From positions 124,001-188,000 of the forward strand of contig NIVC01001976.1 in the NCBI GenBank assembly GCA_002269645.1: a DNA stretch of 64,000 nucleotides. Direction: 5' to 3'. This DNA comes from Macrostomum lignano (lineage: Eukaryota). Positions within the stretch are counted from its first letter, which is position 1; every line of letters starts with the position of its first letter. Positions 63,251-64,000 of this stretch are shown piece by piece. The translations under genes and the position numbers were made by a program. The notes below the pieces were generated by a model. The model was not told where the DNA came from. It ran no database searches and saw only the letters and a list, made by a program, of their open reading frames with translations.

Positions 63251-63954
63251 CTACCTGGTGCGGTGCTCGATGCTGACACAATTTCATGTACTCTGGGTTT
63301 TCAAATCAAACGATGAATGCCGACTTAATGAGGGATCTGCGTGTTCTGCCAATTTCTGTATACTCGTAATTTAGCAACTGAAATGCTGCTTTGGTTTGTC
63401 TGGAATATTCAGGAAATGAGCACATCGAGAGCCATCGAGTGAGAGCAGCACTCCTGCTGTGAACTGCAGTTTTGTACATTTGTGCTGCAATTCAATTCAC
63501 ACTGAATGCTGAATTGCTTTTTCCGTTCAAACTGCGTGTCTGCTTTGATGCGGGCTTTTCTCTGCTATTTTGTTCTGCGGACTTCAATACCCAATTGCCA
63601 ATGCTGTTTATTGAAATATTCAAGCCGCATGTACAGGCTGCAGTTTTCTGTATGAAACTGGAAAATTCGAAGTTCGGCTGGGTCAGGGAGAAGCTGGAGA
63701 GACTTGATGCAGCAGCTTGAGTCGAACTCGGAATTTTGTAAGCTTCTCTGGCTTTTTCTCGAGCTGTTTGAGAAATTTTTCTCTACAAAATACTTTTTAC
63801 TCTAAATATTCTCGATGTTTTTATGGCTTAAAATTTTGTGTCGGTGCTCATCGTTATTTTTAAAGTAACTGCTCTCAGAATCAGCTCGATCAGTCTGCAA
63901 ATTGATTTTGTCATGTACTTTCCCCATGTGCTCATGTGCTTAGCAGCAACTGCA

Positions 63955-64000
63955 AGCCTGACAGCTCCCTCATGAGCATTCACTGACTGACAGCCTTACA
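63955..64000. repeat. Start of satellite A after copy 3 (the array probably continues beyond the window)
   Basis: agcctgacagctccctcatgagcattcactgactgacagcc in the same context as 16875. Confidence 0.85.

Larger units (their letters stand above)
10775..64000 (+). other. Head-to-tail tandem array of three gene units (about 10775-26170, 26170-46200, 46200 to beyond 64000)
   Basis: A shared upstream block (ctgcactgagg...gggagagaagtttcggct) at about 10815, 26210 and 46238; three homologous 3-exon genes; the same spacer satellite order twice, and its start again at 63955. Confidence 0.95.

Noticed and set aside
12511-63279. Antisense ORFs overlapping the ANK and Mab-21 exons
   Set aside because: Shadow frames of GC-rich coding sequence.

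Overview
Eukaryotic (invertebrate animal) genomic DNA: GT-AG introns, very dense minisatellites, Ty3/gypsy and LINE debris. A free-living flatworm such as Macrostomum is my guess from sequence style only and is not verified. Left 10.7 kb: a two-exon class A GPCR gene (minus strand), several satellites, a decayed LINE piece and an orphan ETS-domain segment. From ~10.8 kb to the end is a head-to-tail array of three 15-20 kb units. Each unit carries one three-exon gene that the ORF track splits into unrelated pieces. Exon 1 encodes a variable array of 33-aa ankyrin-like repeats (12, 9 and 23 units), a conserved helical spacer and about 3 canonical ankyrin repeats. Exon 2 encodes the nucleotidyltransferase GS...DSDID motif. 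Exon 3 encodes the third catalytic Asp, a Mab-21/cGAS C-lobe and a helical tail. Splice phases are compatible (2 and 1) in all three copies, giving ANK-cGAS-like receptor (cGLR-type) proteins; copy 2 is a clean 1199-aa reading frame. The sensor-like repeats vary most at the di-residue that DARPin libraries randomise, and the copies exchange blocks, which suggests a diversifying immune-receptor cluster (inference). Introns carry a Mag-like gypsy element with a nested solo LTR, a solo LTR inserted in a splice donor, a 5'-truncated LINE and an integrase remnant. The two spacers share an ordered series of nine VNTRs, several built on AP-1, CCAAT or RFX X-box-like motifs.
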